From: Pirellulales bacterium
GTDB lineage: Bacteria > Planctomycetota > Planctomycetia > Pirellulales > PALSA-1355
Direction of reading: 5' to 3'
NCBI GenBank assembly: GCA_963733035.1
Contig: CAVTBU010000005.1
Span: forward strand, 2,784,001-2,848,000
DNA: 64,000 nt
Every line of letters starts with the position of its first letter. The stretch's first letter is position 1. This document shows, piece by piece, positions 42,122 through 52,176 of the stretch. Under the pieces are notes generated by a model. The model was not told where the DNA came from. It saw only the letters and a list, made by a program, of their open reading frames with translations, and did no database searches. A program made the position numbers and the translations under genes.

Positions 42122-43150
42122 CTACCAGCCGGCACCCTTCGTCGTAAGCTTGATCCGCACCAGGTACATATCTGCATTGATGTACAGCGTGCGGCCATCG
42201 TCGCCCCAGGCACAGTTGCCAGTGGCCTGTCCGGTTTCGAAGCTGCCCAGGTGCGTGCCGTCCGGGGCAAAGATATGGACGCCGCCAGGACCAGTGGCGA
42301 ACAGATTGCCCGCGGCGTCGACCTTCATTCCGTCTGGCAACCCTTTCTTGCCTTCCTTGACCCAGGCTGTCGCGTCGAAGAACTTGCGGCCCTTGCCCAG
42401 CGTGCCGTCAGCTTTCACGTCGAATGCCATCCAGATCGCATCCTCCGGATCGCTCTGCGCGACGTACAGCGTTTTCTCATCGGGCGAAAAGGCGATGCCG
42501 TTCGGCCGAGTCATGTCCCCCGTGAGTAGCGTGAGCGTCCCGTCCGTTGCCAGCCGATAGACACCACAGAAGTCGAGTTCGCGGCGCGGATCGTCCCAAT
42601 TCTTTGGCAGGCCGTAGGGCGGATCGGTGAAATAGAGATCGCCATTCGATTTGAAGGCCGAGTCGTTGGGGCTGTTGAGCCGCTTGCCCTGGTAGTTGTC
42701 GACCAGCGTTCGTTTGCCGCCGTTCTTGGTCAGCTTCGAGATGCGCCGATCGCCATGTTCGCAGAACGTAATCTCGCCCTCCGGCGTAACATTCAACCCA
42801 TTGCTGCCTGGTTCGGGGGCATAGTCGACCACTCCGGTGTAGCCAGAGGGTTTCATGAACAGGCTGACGCCTTCCCCCTCTTTCCACTTCATCACGCTGT
42901 TGCGCGGGATATCGGAGAAAAGCAGGTAGCCACCGTCCTTAATCCATACGGGACCTTCCGACCAATCGAAACCGTCGGCCACTTGTTCCATGTGGGCATC
43001 CTTCGGCACGAGCTTGTCGAGCCGGGCATCCTTCCGCACGATTTCTCCGAAAGCGGGATACTTCTCGGCCGCCTGGGCCGTTGCATGGCAAAGGCTAACG
43101 ACGAGCAAGAACAGACAGCACAAGGAGCCGGTGATGCGAGCGCGAGCCAT
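42122..43150 (-). CDS. SMP-30/gluconolactonase family protein
   Basis: WSEGPVW, NSPND, YFTDPPYG, RPNGIAFSPD, PDGMKVD. Confidence 0.93.
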   Translation of the reverse strand: MARARITGSLCCLFLLVVSLCHATAQAAEKYPAFGEIVRKDARLDKLVPKDAHMEQVADGFDWSEGPVWIKDGGYLLFSDIPRNSVMKWKEGEGVSLFMKPSGYTGVVDYAPEPGSNGLNVTPEGEITFCEHGDRRISKLTKNGGKRTLVDNYQGKRLNSPNDSAFKSNGDLYFTDPPYGLPKNWDDPRRELDFCGVYRLATDGTLTLLTGDMTRPNGIAFSPDEKTLYVAQSDPEDAIWMAFDVKADGTLGKGRKFFDATAWVKEGKKGLPDGMKVDAAGNLFATGPGGVHIFAPDGTHLGSFETGQATGNCAWGDDGRTLYINADMYLVRIKLTTKGAGW

Positions 43151-43267
43151 TTCAGAAAACCTCCCACGGTAGGTGCATGTGCAGGTGAAGTGCGGGGAGC
43201 CGCCATTTGATGCCCTCCAAGGCTAGCCCCTGGAGCGCACGTCAGTCAAGTATTTGGCCGTGCGCTG

Positions 43268-44122
43268 CTAACGTCCCAGGCGGGTGAATGTATAGGCCAA
43301 ATAGCCGAGCGCCGCCCCGGTGGCCAACCCGCCTCCATGTGCCCAGTTGGCGACGTTGCCGATCACGCCGGCCGCACACAGCACAAAGAAGCCGATCATC
43401 CAGAAGGCAATGTCGGGCCGCAGGTAGAGCCCACAAGTCGGATCGAGTCGTCCGCGGACCCAGGCGTAGCCGAACAGGCCGTAAACGACGCCGGACATGC
43501 CACCAAAAAGCGGGCCCGTCATGACGAACTGCGCCACGTTCGAAATGACGGCGATCAGCAGGATCATAAACAAGTATCGCGTCGACCCGAGTTTGCGTTC
43601 GATTAGTGTGCCCAGGTCGTAGAGCCAGAACATGTTGAATACGATGTGAAAGATTCCACCGTGAATGAAAATGGGCGTTACCAGTCGCCATATCTCGCCC
43701 GCCTGGACCTGTGGCAGAGCGCGATCCTGCGTTGAGATGAGCAGGTCTTGTTCGGGGATCAGATGCAAGAATACGGCAATCGACATCACGATTAGCGCCA
43801 TCGTCACCGGGCGGCGATGCCAGGGATTGGCCCATTCGTTGCGCATGTCGACGTAGTTGCGCTGGGCCTGGCGCTTCTTTTGTTCGGCCACATGGCGGGC
43901 TTCGCGGGCCGTCTTCTCAGCCGCCTTGTAGCGTGGATCGGTCGGTTCGTGTTCGAACAGTTCGAGCTCTTGTCGGCTGCGGGGAATCTGGTTCTCGTCA
44001 TGTACCCAGATTGCCCACTGACCATCGGCCGGTTCAATTTTCGACGTGATGCCTATCGAAAGCAGATAGTCGGCGAACCGCTGGGCGTCTTGTTTCGTGG
44101 CGATCGTTCCGGCTTGCCGCAT
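43268..44122 (-). CDS. glpG: Rhomboid intramembrane serine protease (GlpG-like)
   Basis: EIWRLVTP..H..HIVFN, GMSGVVYG, NWAHGGG; soluble N-terminal domain. Confidence 0.88.
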   Translation of the reverse strand: MRQAGTIATKQDAQRFADYLLSIGITSKIEPADGQWAIWVHDENQIPRSRQELELFEHEPTDPRYKAAEKTAREARHVAEQKKRQAQRNYVDMRNEWANPWHRRPVTMALIVMSIAVFLHLIPEQDLLISTQDRALPQVQAGEIWRLVTPIFIHGGIFHIVFNMFWLYDLGTLIERKLGSTRYLFMILLIAVISNVAQFVMTGPLFGGMSGVVYGLFGYAWVRGRLDPTCGLYLRPDIAFWMIGFFVLCAAGVIGNVANWAHGGGLATGAALGYLAYTFTRLGR

Positions 44123-44176
44123 GATGCTCTGTCGTTGATGAAAGGTTCGGCGAACGCATTGTAAACGTCGGAAATC

Positions 44177-44476
44177 TCAGATTTCCAGCCGCACGTGCTG
44201 GATGTCATTTTCGAGCAGCCATTCGAGCCACCGCTCTTGTTCTTCGCTGATCTCGGCCTCGGCTTGGTTTTCGCTGTCGAGCGGTGAAACCAGCGTTAGC
44301 ACGCCTTCGTCCAGCCAGCGCTTGGCATCGTCGAGCGAAATCCAAAACTCTCCCTGCGGCAACTGGGGCGCGCCGCGCTCGCCGGGGGGCGTCATAAAGT
44401 AGGCGATATCGTGCTTGAATCGCGCCGGCATTTCCAGCGGTGCCAGTTCCGGACGCCCAACGGCATAAACTCGCAT
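44177..44476 (-). CDS. Hypothetical protein
   Basis: Co-oriented ORF between the flavoprotein and rhomboid genes; protein-like composition. Confidence 0.6.
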   Translation of the reverse strand: MRVYAVGRPELAPLEMPARFKHDIAYFMTPPGERGAPQLPQGEFWISLDDAKRWLDEGVLTLVSPLDSENQAEAEISEEQERWLEWLLENDIQHVRLEI

Positions 44477-44579
44477 GGCAATTCGTAAATCGGACCGCAA
44501 ATGGGGACAAAATCCTGATTCGGCTAGCCTACCAAATGACGCCCCACGTGGGCAGCGTCGAACCTGGTTCTCCTATTTG

Positions 44580-45861
44580 TCATTCCATGCTCAACGCCGC
44601 CAAATACCCGGTACTCCAAGCCGCCTGAAAATTGTAGCCGCCGATGGGTCCGTCCAAGTCGAGCACCTCGCCGGCCAGATACAGCCGCTCGACCAGCTTG
44701 CTTTGCATCGTTTTCGAGTCGACTTCGGCCAGCGAGACACCACCGGCCGTAACTTCGGCCTTTGTGAATCCACAAGTTCCACTAATCGGGATCGCCTGGC
44801 GTTTGATTGCTGCCACAACGTGACAACGCACTTTCGCACCGACTTCGGCGGCCCGCAAACCGGGGTCCAGATTCGCGGCCAGCAGCAGCGCCTCGCTGAG
44901 TCGGTGGGGTAATTCCTCGGGAAGCAGATTGCTCAGTTGCTTCTTGCCGGCGGCGGCCGCGCGATCGCGGAGGCATTCGTCCAGTTTCGCGGCACTCACG
45001 TCCGGCAAGAAGTCGCATTCCAGCGAGAGCGACCGTGGATTCGCGTGGCCGCTTACCGCGCGGCTGACGTCGAGCACCACGGGGCCAGATAGCCCGAAAT
45101 GCGCGAACAAGAGCGACCCTCGCCGGTCGGCCAGGACGCGCAGACTTGGTCGACTTTGCGCTCGCAGCCGGCGGTTCGACGACGCGCACGTGAACGTCGG
45201 GAATCGTGATTCCGCGCAGGCTGCGCACCCAGGTGGCATCGGTGGTGATCGGCACGAGCGCCGGCCGTGGTGGCACGATCGTGTGACCGAACTGCGCGGC
45301 AAAGCGATAGCCGTCGCCCGTCGTGCCGCAGCCTGGATACGACTGGCCGCCGGTGGTGATGAGCAGGTTTCTGGTTTGCAACTGGCGCTGGCTGGTGCGC
45401 AACAGGAACTCCGCGTCATGGCGCTCGACTTCCAATAGCGCCTCGTCGAGCGCCAGCGTGGCGCCGCTGCGTTCGAGTCGGCGCAGCAGCGCGTTGAGCA
45501 CGTCCGTCGCCTTGTCGCTGGCTGGGAAGATCTTGCCGGTTGGCTCGACCTTGGTTTTGACGCCCTCGGATTCGAACATGGCGATGGTTTGCTCCACGCT
45601 TAAGGCCGCCAGCGCCGAGTGCAGGAAGCGGCCCGGCGAACCGTAGGCTTCGACGATGCCCCGGTTGTTCGTGGCCTGCGTGATGTTGCAGCGCGTGCCG
45701 CCGGACATCAGGATCTTGACTCCCGGTTTGCGGTTCTTTTCCAGTAGCAAGGTTCGCAGGCCTCGGGCCGCGGCCGTGGCGGCGGCGACCAGGCCGGCGG
45801 CGCCGGCTCCGACGACGATCACGTCCCAACTCGATTCAGTCGCTGGCGGCAGGTTGGACAT
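44580..45861 (-). CDS. HI0933/BaiN family flavoprotein; frameshift at about 45142
   Basis: VGAGAAG, KILMSGGTRCN, TTGGQSYP.CGTTGDG, HFGLSGP, VTAGGV, GGYNFQAAWSTG. Confidence 0.9.
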
Positions 45862-45934
45862 TTACTGGTTTGTCGCGGGCAACGTGTTGGTGCGATCAAG
45901 CGCGGCCAGCGAACCGAAATAGGTGGTCATTTTA

Positions 45935-46136
45935 TTTTTCCGAAGATTTCTGAGTGGCTCGATTTCGCGAGCAAAAAGTTTGCGCAACTTTCATTTCCAT
46001 GGGAGGCCGAAAAACCTGATAAACTGTCGCATGCAGATCACGCATTTTGCCTCGATTGACCGATACCCACTCATACCGCACCCTCCGTCTAGAATCCAAC
46101 GAGCGTACGGTACCCGAAAGCGCGGCCCGATTTCAA
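45935..46136. repeat. 202-bp dispersed intergenic element, copy 2 (inverted relative to copy 1)
   Basis: 183/202 identical to the reverse complement of 17089-17290. Confidence 0.95.
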
Positions 46137-46243
46137 ACGGCGGGTTTAATCGGGGAGAATGGTGGGCGGCGTTTCCGCGGAAGCTTATGCGCAGTCGCCT
46201 TTTCGCGAGCCTGATGAACTGACCAACCAAGGAACCACAGCGG

Positions 46244-46633
46244 ATGACTCTTTATGAGCGGCTGGGCGGGGTGTTTGCGATTGCCACGGTGGTCGATGAC
46301 TTTGTCGACCGGGTCATGGGGGACGCGCGGCTGAACGCCAATCCCAAGGTGAACGAGGCGCATCACCGGGTCGCGCCGGCGGGCTTCAAGTACCTGGTGA
46401 CCGAGCAGGTGTGCCAGGCCACCGGCGGACCGCAGCGGTACACGGGCCGCTCGATGTACGAATCGCACGCGCAGCTGGACATCACCGAGAACGAGTGGCA
46501 GGCGTTCCTCGACGACTTCCGCCAGACACTCGACAAGTTCGCCGTCCCGCCAGCCGAACAAGCGGAACTCGTGGCCATCGTGGAAAGCACGAAGAACGAT
46601 ATCGTGCTGAGGAAACAATCGGGACCGAGTTAG
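46244..46633 (+). CDS. glbN: Group 1 truncated haemoglobin
   Basis: TLYERLGG, GGPQRYTGRSM..SH..L.I; AAGGA RBS. Confidence 0.9.
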   Translation: MTLYERLGGVFAIATVVDDFVDRVMGDARLNANPKVNEAHHRVAPAGFKYLVTEQVCQATGGPQRYTGRSMYESHAQLDITENEWQAFLDDFRQTLDKFAVPPAEQAELVAIVESTKNDIVLRKQSGPS

Positions 46634-46756
46634 ATCGGACGGCCCAGCAGCAAGAGCAATGCCGAACAGGGCGTGGGGCCATCAGAATAGGGCACGCGCC
46701 GGTAGTCACCGATGTCTCATTTGGACCACACAATTGGGTGTGGTAGGCTCCTTTGC

Positions 46757-47752
46757 ATGAAAGTTGCCGTGTACGACAAGCCGCTAACGCTTGCTCTATT
46801 TGCCATCCTGTTGTCGTTAGGCTGCGGCAAGGTGAAAACGTTGCTACCGCAGAAGTCGTTCCACGACCGAGTCGGGTGGAAGGCCGAGGATTATTTCGAC
46901 GACCCGCAGGTAGTTTCCCTTTGCAAGGCCATTGAAGCCAATGATTTGAAGGAAATGGAGCGGCTCATTGAAGCCGGGGCCAACGTCAACGCTCAGGGCA
47001 AGGGTAAAATGACGCCCCTGATGTGGGCGTTCCCCGGCAACAAGCTTGAGCGGTTCGAGTTGCTATTACAACACGGCGCGGATCCCAACGTCATTACCGA
47101 GGACGATTTCGGCACTCGGGACAGCATCATGGCGGGGACGGCGGTCACCCATCATGCGGCTATGACGTGGCATCCAGGTTTTTTTGAGGCAGTCTTTACG
47201 CACGGCGGCGATCCGAATTTGGAGCAGCAGACCGAGGTACTGGGACGAAGAGATTGCCCATTACACCTGGTAATCGAGTCGCCGGTCAGCGACAAGAGAG
47301 AAAAGATTCGGAAGTTGCTCGACCTAGGTGCGAACATTAACCATATCGGTTTTGGCGAAAAAACGCCAGTAGCGGCGGCGGTTGCGTGGAGGCAATATGA
47401 AATCGCTCTGATGCTCCTCGAATCTGGTGCCGACTACAAGATCTTCGCGCATCCCAACAATAACCAACGATTGGTTCACGATCTATTGGTAAGCGGAATG
47501 AATCGTGACGAAACGCAATCGTGGGCTCCGGGAGAAAAGCAACAGCACAATGCGGTATTGAAATGGCTGGAAGCTCATGGAGAGGATGTAGAGAAGGCCG
47601 GGGAAGATATCGCGCGGTGGCGTTCCTGGAGCACAATCAACGGTGAGTTCCAGCGAAATCTGGCCGCCGAAGTGGCCGAGCGCAAAGCGCGCGAAACGGC
47701 AGAGAAGCAGCAACCGGCAGCCGGCGAAAATGCCAACGGCGAGGTGCGGTGA
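46757..47752 (+). CDS. Ankyrin-repeat lipoprotein
   Basis: Lipobox LSLGC; GANVN..TPLMWA, GADPN, PLHL, GANIN..TP. Confidence 0.85.
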   Translation: MKVAVYDKPLTLALFAILLSLGCGKVKTLLPQKSFHDRVGWKAEDYFDDPQVVSLCKAIEANDLKEMERLIEAGANVNAQGKGKMTPLMWAFPGNKLERFELLLQHGADPNVITEDDFGTRDSIMAGTAVTHHAAMTWHPGFFEAVFTHGGDPNLEQQTEVLGRRDCPLHLVIESPVSDKREKIRKLLDLGANINHIGFGEKTPVAAAVAWRQYEIALMLLESGADYKIFAHPNNNQRLVHDLLVSGMNRDETQSWAPGEKQQHNAVLKWLEAHGEDVEKAGEDIARWRSWSTINGEFQRNLAAEVAERKARETAEKQQPAAGENANGEVR

Positions 47753-48021
47753 GCACGCACGATCCACGCAGGGCTATCGCTTCCGAGCGAAGAAGTGGCG
47801 CGTCTCCGGACCAGTAGAATCCAAGCAAATGACGACCGCCGCCGCGAAATCGAAAGCAAAAAGCGACGGACTACATGGAACGCGCCAGCGCACAAGGATG
47901 GGCCCTTCGGAGGCAGTTCCGCTCAGTCGAATTCGCCCGTGATTGGAAAGTCTAGTCGGCAGCTGCAACTTTGGTGTGTCCCTTTTTGGCGGCATTGCAC
48001 CGAGCGATCCCTCCCCCGCGC

Positions 48022-48051
48022 TTGACGGGTAGAGTTCCAACCAATTAGACT
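48022..48051 (+). promoter_or_regulatory. Sigma70-like promoter
   Basis: TTGACG-N18-TAGACT. Confidence 0.45.
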
Positions 48052-48285
48052 GCTCCCGTCGGCCACCTTTCAGATGACCAAACTTTAGTAGCTAATGAAA
48101 CTGGCGCAGCTTTAGTTCATTTCCGCGACGCTGCGCATCGTCTGGTGAGCCTGAATCCGGATCGCTGTCCTATCTCTTTTTCAGCGGTCGTTCCACGTGC
48201 TTTGTTCGACGCGGTGGTGCTGTCCTCGGCTTGAGGACCGCGCCAATCCCGCGGCTCCCCTTTTTACTTCAATACGAGAATCGCC

Positions 48286-49398
48286 ATGATTATTCACCGC
48301 TGCTTCGCCTGTATTGTCATTGTGCTGGCCACGATTTCGACCAGCCGGGCCGGCTTGCTCGACAACTCAACGTTAACCACCTTGTCGGTGGCAGCCCGCG
48401 ACGTGACGTACGATTCGACGCGCGGCGTGGTTTACGCGTCGGTTCCGAGTTCGGCCGGAGCGCCGTACGGAAACTCGATCATCAGCATTGATCCTGAGAG
48501 TCACTCCATCCTGAGCCATACGTACGTGGGCAGCGAACCGAACAAGCTGGCCATTTCCGGCGACGGGAGCCGCGTGTATGTCGGCATCGACGGCGCGCGA
48601 AGTTTCACCTGGTGGCAGCCTGCGGATAATACCGTTGGCTCGCTCGTGTTGGTCAAGTCTGCCTACGGCGCCGCGGCGGTCGTGCAGAGCATGGCCGTGT
48701 CGCCGTTGAATCCGCATGTCGTCGTTGTGTCCAAAAACGAAGTGGGGAGCACGGCTAGCGGCGACATGGAGATATTCCAGGACAGCACCTCGCTGGGCAT
48801 TCCCACGCCAACGTATCCCTATAACGACGCGAACGAGATCGGATTCGCGGATGATCATACGTTGGTCTCGTACGACGACGCGGACACGTCGTATGCCCTG
48901 GCGACTTGGAATTTCACCGGCACGGCGTTGAGCCGAAACTCCAAGATCAACGGCTTGATTTCAGGCTTCTGGACACACATGGAAACCCGCGACGGGTTGA
49001 TTTACGCGTCGACCGGGATGGTGGTGGATCCGGCAACGCTGGCTCCGCTGGGCACGTTTTCTGTCCCCGGCAGTTCGGCCGTGGAGGCATTTTCGAGTTT
49101 GGGCCGCACGTATTTCCTTGGCCCGAGGAGTTCCTTGGACAAAACGTTGACACTGCAAGTGTTCGACAACCACACATTCCTGCTGCTCGACTCGCAGTCC
49201 TTTCCGCAATTCATAGTCAGCGGTTCGATTCTGCAGCTAGTGCCTGCCGGAGACCACGGCCTGGCGTTCGTCACGTCGACGGGCCAGCTGGGAATCATCA
49301 ACTCCGTGCCCGAGCCGTCCTCGGTCGCGCTGTTTAGCTGCGGAGCACTATGCCTGGCGTTCGTCCGACTCAGGCGCCGAGGTCATCGGAGCAATTAG
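48286..49398 (+). CDS. PEP-CTERM protein, YncE-like beta-propeller
   Basis: Signal peptide, VGSEPNKLAISGDGSRVYVG, VPEPSS-TM-RRR. Confidence 0.87.
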   Translation: MIIHRCFACIVIVLATISTSRAGLLDNSTLTTLSVAARDVTYDSTRGVVYASVPSSAGAPYGNSIISIDPESHSILSHTYVGSEPNKLAISGDGSRVYVGIDGARSFTWWQPADNTVGSLVLVKSAYGAAAVVQSMAVSPLNPHVVVVSKNEVGSTASGDMEIFQDSTSLGIPTPTYPYNDANEIGFADDHTLVSYDDADTSYALATWNFTGTALSRNSKINGLISGFWTHMETRDGLIYASTGMVVDPATLAPLGTFSVPGSSAVEAFSSLGRTYFLGPRSSLDKTLTLQVFDNHTFLLLDSQSFPQFIVSGSILQLVPAGDHGLAFVTSTGQLGIINSVPEPSSVALFSCGALCLAFVRLRRRGHRSN

Positions 49399-49495
49399 GA
49401 CAGTAAAGTAGGTCAGGCCCTGGCGGTTAAGCTGCGGCGGTCGACCGGACGGTACGAAGAAATGCTTGTGTGACATTTACCTCCGTGACGGCCTT

Positions 49496-50020
49496 ATGAT
49501 GACTGAGCCCCTGGCGTACTTCCTGACCTGGCCGACGTATGGAACGTGGCTGCCTGGCGATGAGCGCGGCTGGGTCAAGCGCGGTCACGGCCACCAACTT
49601 CCCGATCCGCCTCGAAAACTGGAAGCCATGGCGCGCATGACCGACGACGTCTGCCGGCTGGATGAAAACCAGCGATGCCTGGTGGAGCAGACCATCGCGG
49701 ACCATTGCCGTATCCGCGTCTGGCGACTTCACGCGGTCAACTGCCGGTCGAATCATCTCCACATCGTCGTTACGGCAAACCGACACCCGGACGACGTGCG
49801 CGAACAGTTCAAAGCATGGACCGTGCGAAAACTGAAACAGCGACAGAGCGAAGATGCCGTGCGGTTACTCGCGCCGATTCGCATTCGCGAGAAGTGGTGG
49901 GCCGAGCGTGGCAGCAAACGCTATATCAACGACGAGGAAAGCCTCCAAGCGGTCATCCTCTACGTTCGCGACGCGCAAGACGCAAGGCCGCAAATGCCTC
50001 CGGCCATCCATCCGAAATGA
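49496..50020 (+). mobile_element. REP-associated tyrosine (HUH/Y1) transposase, RAYT-like
   Basis: YFLTWPTYGTWL, NHLHIVV (HUH), W..GS.RYI, VILYV..AQ (catalytic Tyr); REP doublet 30 bp downstream. Confidence 0.82.
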
Positions 50021-50049
50021 ATCCGTGACCCACATCGCTGACTTGCACC

Positions 50050-50127
50050 AACCCGACGCGCCAGCGAGGGAAGGCTGCCCAGGACGCACATGATGCAGAC
50101 AAAGATCCCTCGCTGGCGCGTCGGGTT
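50050..50127. repeat. REP doublet (REPIN-like): perfect 22-bp inverted repeat with 34-bp spacer
   Basis: AACCCGACGCGCCAGCGAGGGA (50050-50071) and TCCCTCGCTGGCGCGTCGGGTT (50106-50127). Confidence 0.9.
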
Positions 50128-50271
50128 AGTGGGTTGGCGGTCGCCAGGTGACCTACAGATGAATCCCTTTCATCGTCGCGGGCACGCGACGCGGTTCCTA
50201 TAATCGAGTGGCTTTCCGGCCGGCACGGTAAATCGGCTATTTGGACGCTTGCGCTACGGAGAAACCACTCG

Positions 50272-51334
50272 ATGACTTCAACGATCAGGGCCGTGCGGGT
50301 GCATCGCTTTTCGGGACTCGGTGCCGATGGAAAACCGCTGGCGACTCCGGGGCCACTTCGCGAAGTCATCTCGATCGACCAGATCGATGCGCCGAGCTGC
50401 GCTGATGGCGGCGTGCTGATTTCGGCGAACTACGCCGGCGTGCAGTACCCAGACGCCTTGCAGGCGCAGGGGCTCTACCAGGTTAAGCCCGAGCTGCCCT
50501 ACGTGCCGGGGATGGACTTGACGGGCAAGGTGCTGGAAGTGGGTGCCGGCGTCGAGCACGTGGCGGCGGGGGATGCGGTTGTCGCGCAGCTGAGCACCGG
50601 CGCGCTGGCCGAGATCGTCGCCGTCAACGCGCGCAACGTGTGGAAAGCGCCCCGCGGAGTTCCGCTGGCCAAATGCGCGAACATCGGCCGCAACTTCTTC
50701 GCGGCGTATCACTCGCTGAAAGACATCGGCGAAGTCGGCGCGGGCAACCTGGTGCTGGTGGACGGCGCGTCTGGAGGAGTCGGAATGGCCGCCATCGAAT
50801 TGGCCAAGGCGATGGGCGCAAAAAGTGATCGCGGGCGTGAGCAGCCCGGAGAAGATGGAACTGCCGGCCGCGGCGGGCGCCGACCGCGTTCTCTGTTACG
50901 GGCGCGATCGAGATAGTTTCAAGGCGTTCAAGACGGCCGTTCAAAAAGCCGCGACCGAATTGGGACATCCGCACGGCGTGGACGTGGTGGTTGACATGGT
51001 GCAGGGGGAATTGTTCGAGTCGCTGGTTTCGACCGTTCGTCCGCTGGGACGCATTTGCCTGGTCGGCTTCACCGCCGGCCAGAAACCGATCCGGCCCGGG
51101 CTGCTGCTCATCAAGGGGGCCGCGGTGGTTGGCAGCATGTGGGCGCTGTGGGCCGCGATGCATCCCGAGGCGCACCAGCAGAACGTGCGTGAGATTCTCG
51201 CCTTCCTGGAGACCGGCGCCGTCAAGCCGCGCGTCGACCGCGTCTTTCCGTTCGAGCGCACGATCGAAGCATTCGAGCTCTTTGAACACAACCAGGGACG
51301 CGGAAACACGGTGGTCTGCATCCGCGAAGAGTAG
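50272..51334 (+). CDS. NADPH:quinone oxidoreductase (MDR family); extra A in a homopolymer at about 50822
   Basis: [40 protein letters not shown]. Confidence 0.88.
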
Positions 51335-51336
51335 CG

Positions 51337-52125
51337 TCACTCGACGAATTTTCGAAAGTCCGGCGCACGCTTTTCGCGAAAGGCCGCCACGCCTTCGCGG
51401 TGTTCGGCCGTCTGGTAGTAGAGCGCCAGGGCTTGAAATCCCATCGCGGCGTTGCCCCGAATATGCTCGCTATCGGCATTGAGCGACCGCTTGGCGATGG
51501 CCAAGGCGGTCGGACTGCGCTCGAGCAACTCGGCGCACCAGCGCGCGACTTCGGCATCGAGTTCCTCGTGCGGCACCACCACGTTGACCAGACCCATCGC
51601 CAGCGCTTCTTGGGCGGTGTCGCGCCGGCAGAGGTACCAGATTTCTCGGGCCTTCTTTTCGCCGACGATTCGGGCCAGATACGCGGTGCCAAAGCCGGGG
51701 TCGACGGAGCCCACCTTCGGACCGACCTGGCCGAAGATCGCGCGCTCGGAGGCGATCGTCAAATCGCAAACCGTGGCCAGCACATTGCCCCCGCCGATCG
51801 CATAACCTTGCACGCGGGCGATCACCGGTTGGGGCACGTCGCGAATGGCGCTGTGAAGCTCCTCCACGGGCAAGCCGACCGTGCCACGGCCACCATAGCG
51901 CTCGCCACTGGGCTGGGATTTCTGGTCGCCGCCCGTGCAAAAGGCTTTATCCCCGGCACCGGCCAGCACGATTGCGCCGACCTTCTTGTTCCAACCCGCG
52001 TCCAGAATCGCCTCGATAAGTTCCTCGCAGGTTTTCGCGCGGAATGCGTTGTAGACGTCGGGCCGATTGATCGTGATGGTGGCGACACCGTTCTGTTCAA
52101 CATAGAGGATATCTTCGTATGACAT
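51337..52125 (-). CDS. badI: 2-ketocyclohexanecarboxyl-CoA hydrolase-like crotonase (BadI/MenB clade)
   Basis: AFCTGGDQ, GRGTVGLPVEELHSAIRDVP, GYAIGGGNVL, GPKVGSVDPGFGT, GEKKAREIWYLC; next to a BadH-like SDR. Confidence 0.8.
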   Translation of the reverse strand: MSYEDILYVEQNGVATITINRPDVYNAFRAKTCEELIEAILDAGWNKKVGAIVLAGAGDKAFCTGGDQKSQPSGERYGGRGTVGLPVEELHSAIRDVPQPVIARVQGYAIGGGNVLATVCDLTIASERAIFGQVGPKVGSVDPGFGTAYLARIVGEKKAREIWYLCRRDTAQEALAMGLVNVVVPHEELDAEVARWCAELLERSPTALAIAKRSLNADSEHIRGNAAMGFQALALYYQTAEHREGVAAFREKRAPDFRKFVE

Positions 52126-52176
52126 GGCAATGTCCTTATGCGATCGTAGTGGTTGGCTCGTCGGCTCGCCGTGCGG

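Noticed and set aside
50815..50830. Programmed frameshift or phase variation at the A-run in the quinone oxidoreductase
   Set aside because: The run is short and is one of eight similar indels; assembly error is simpler
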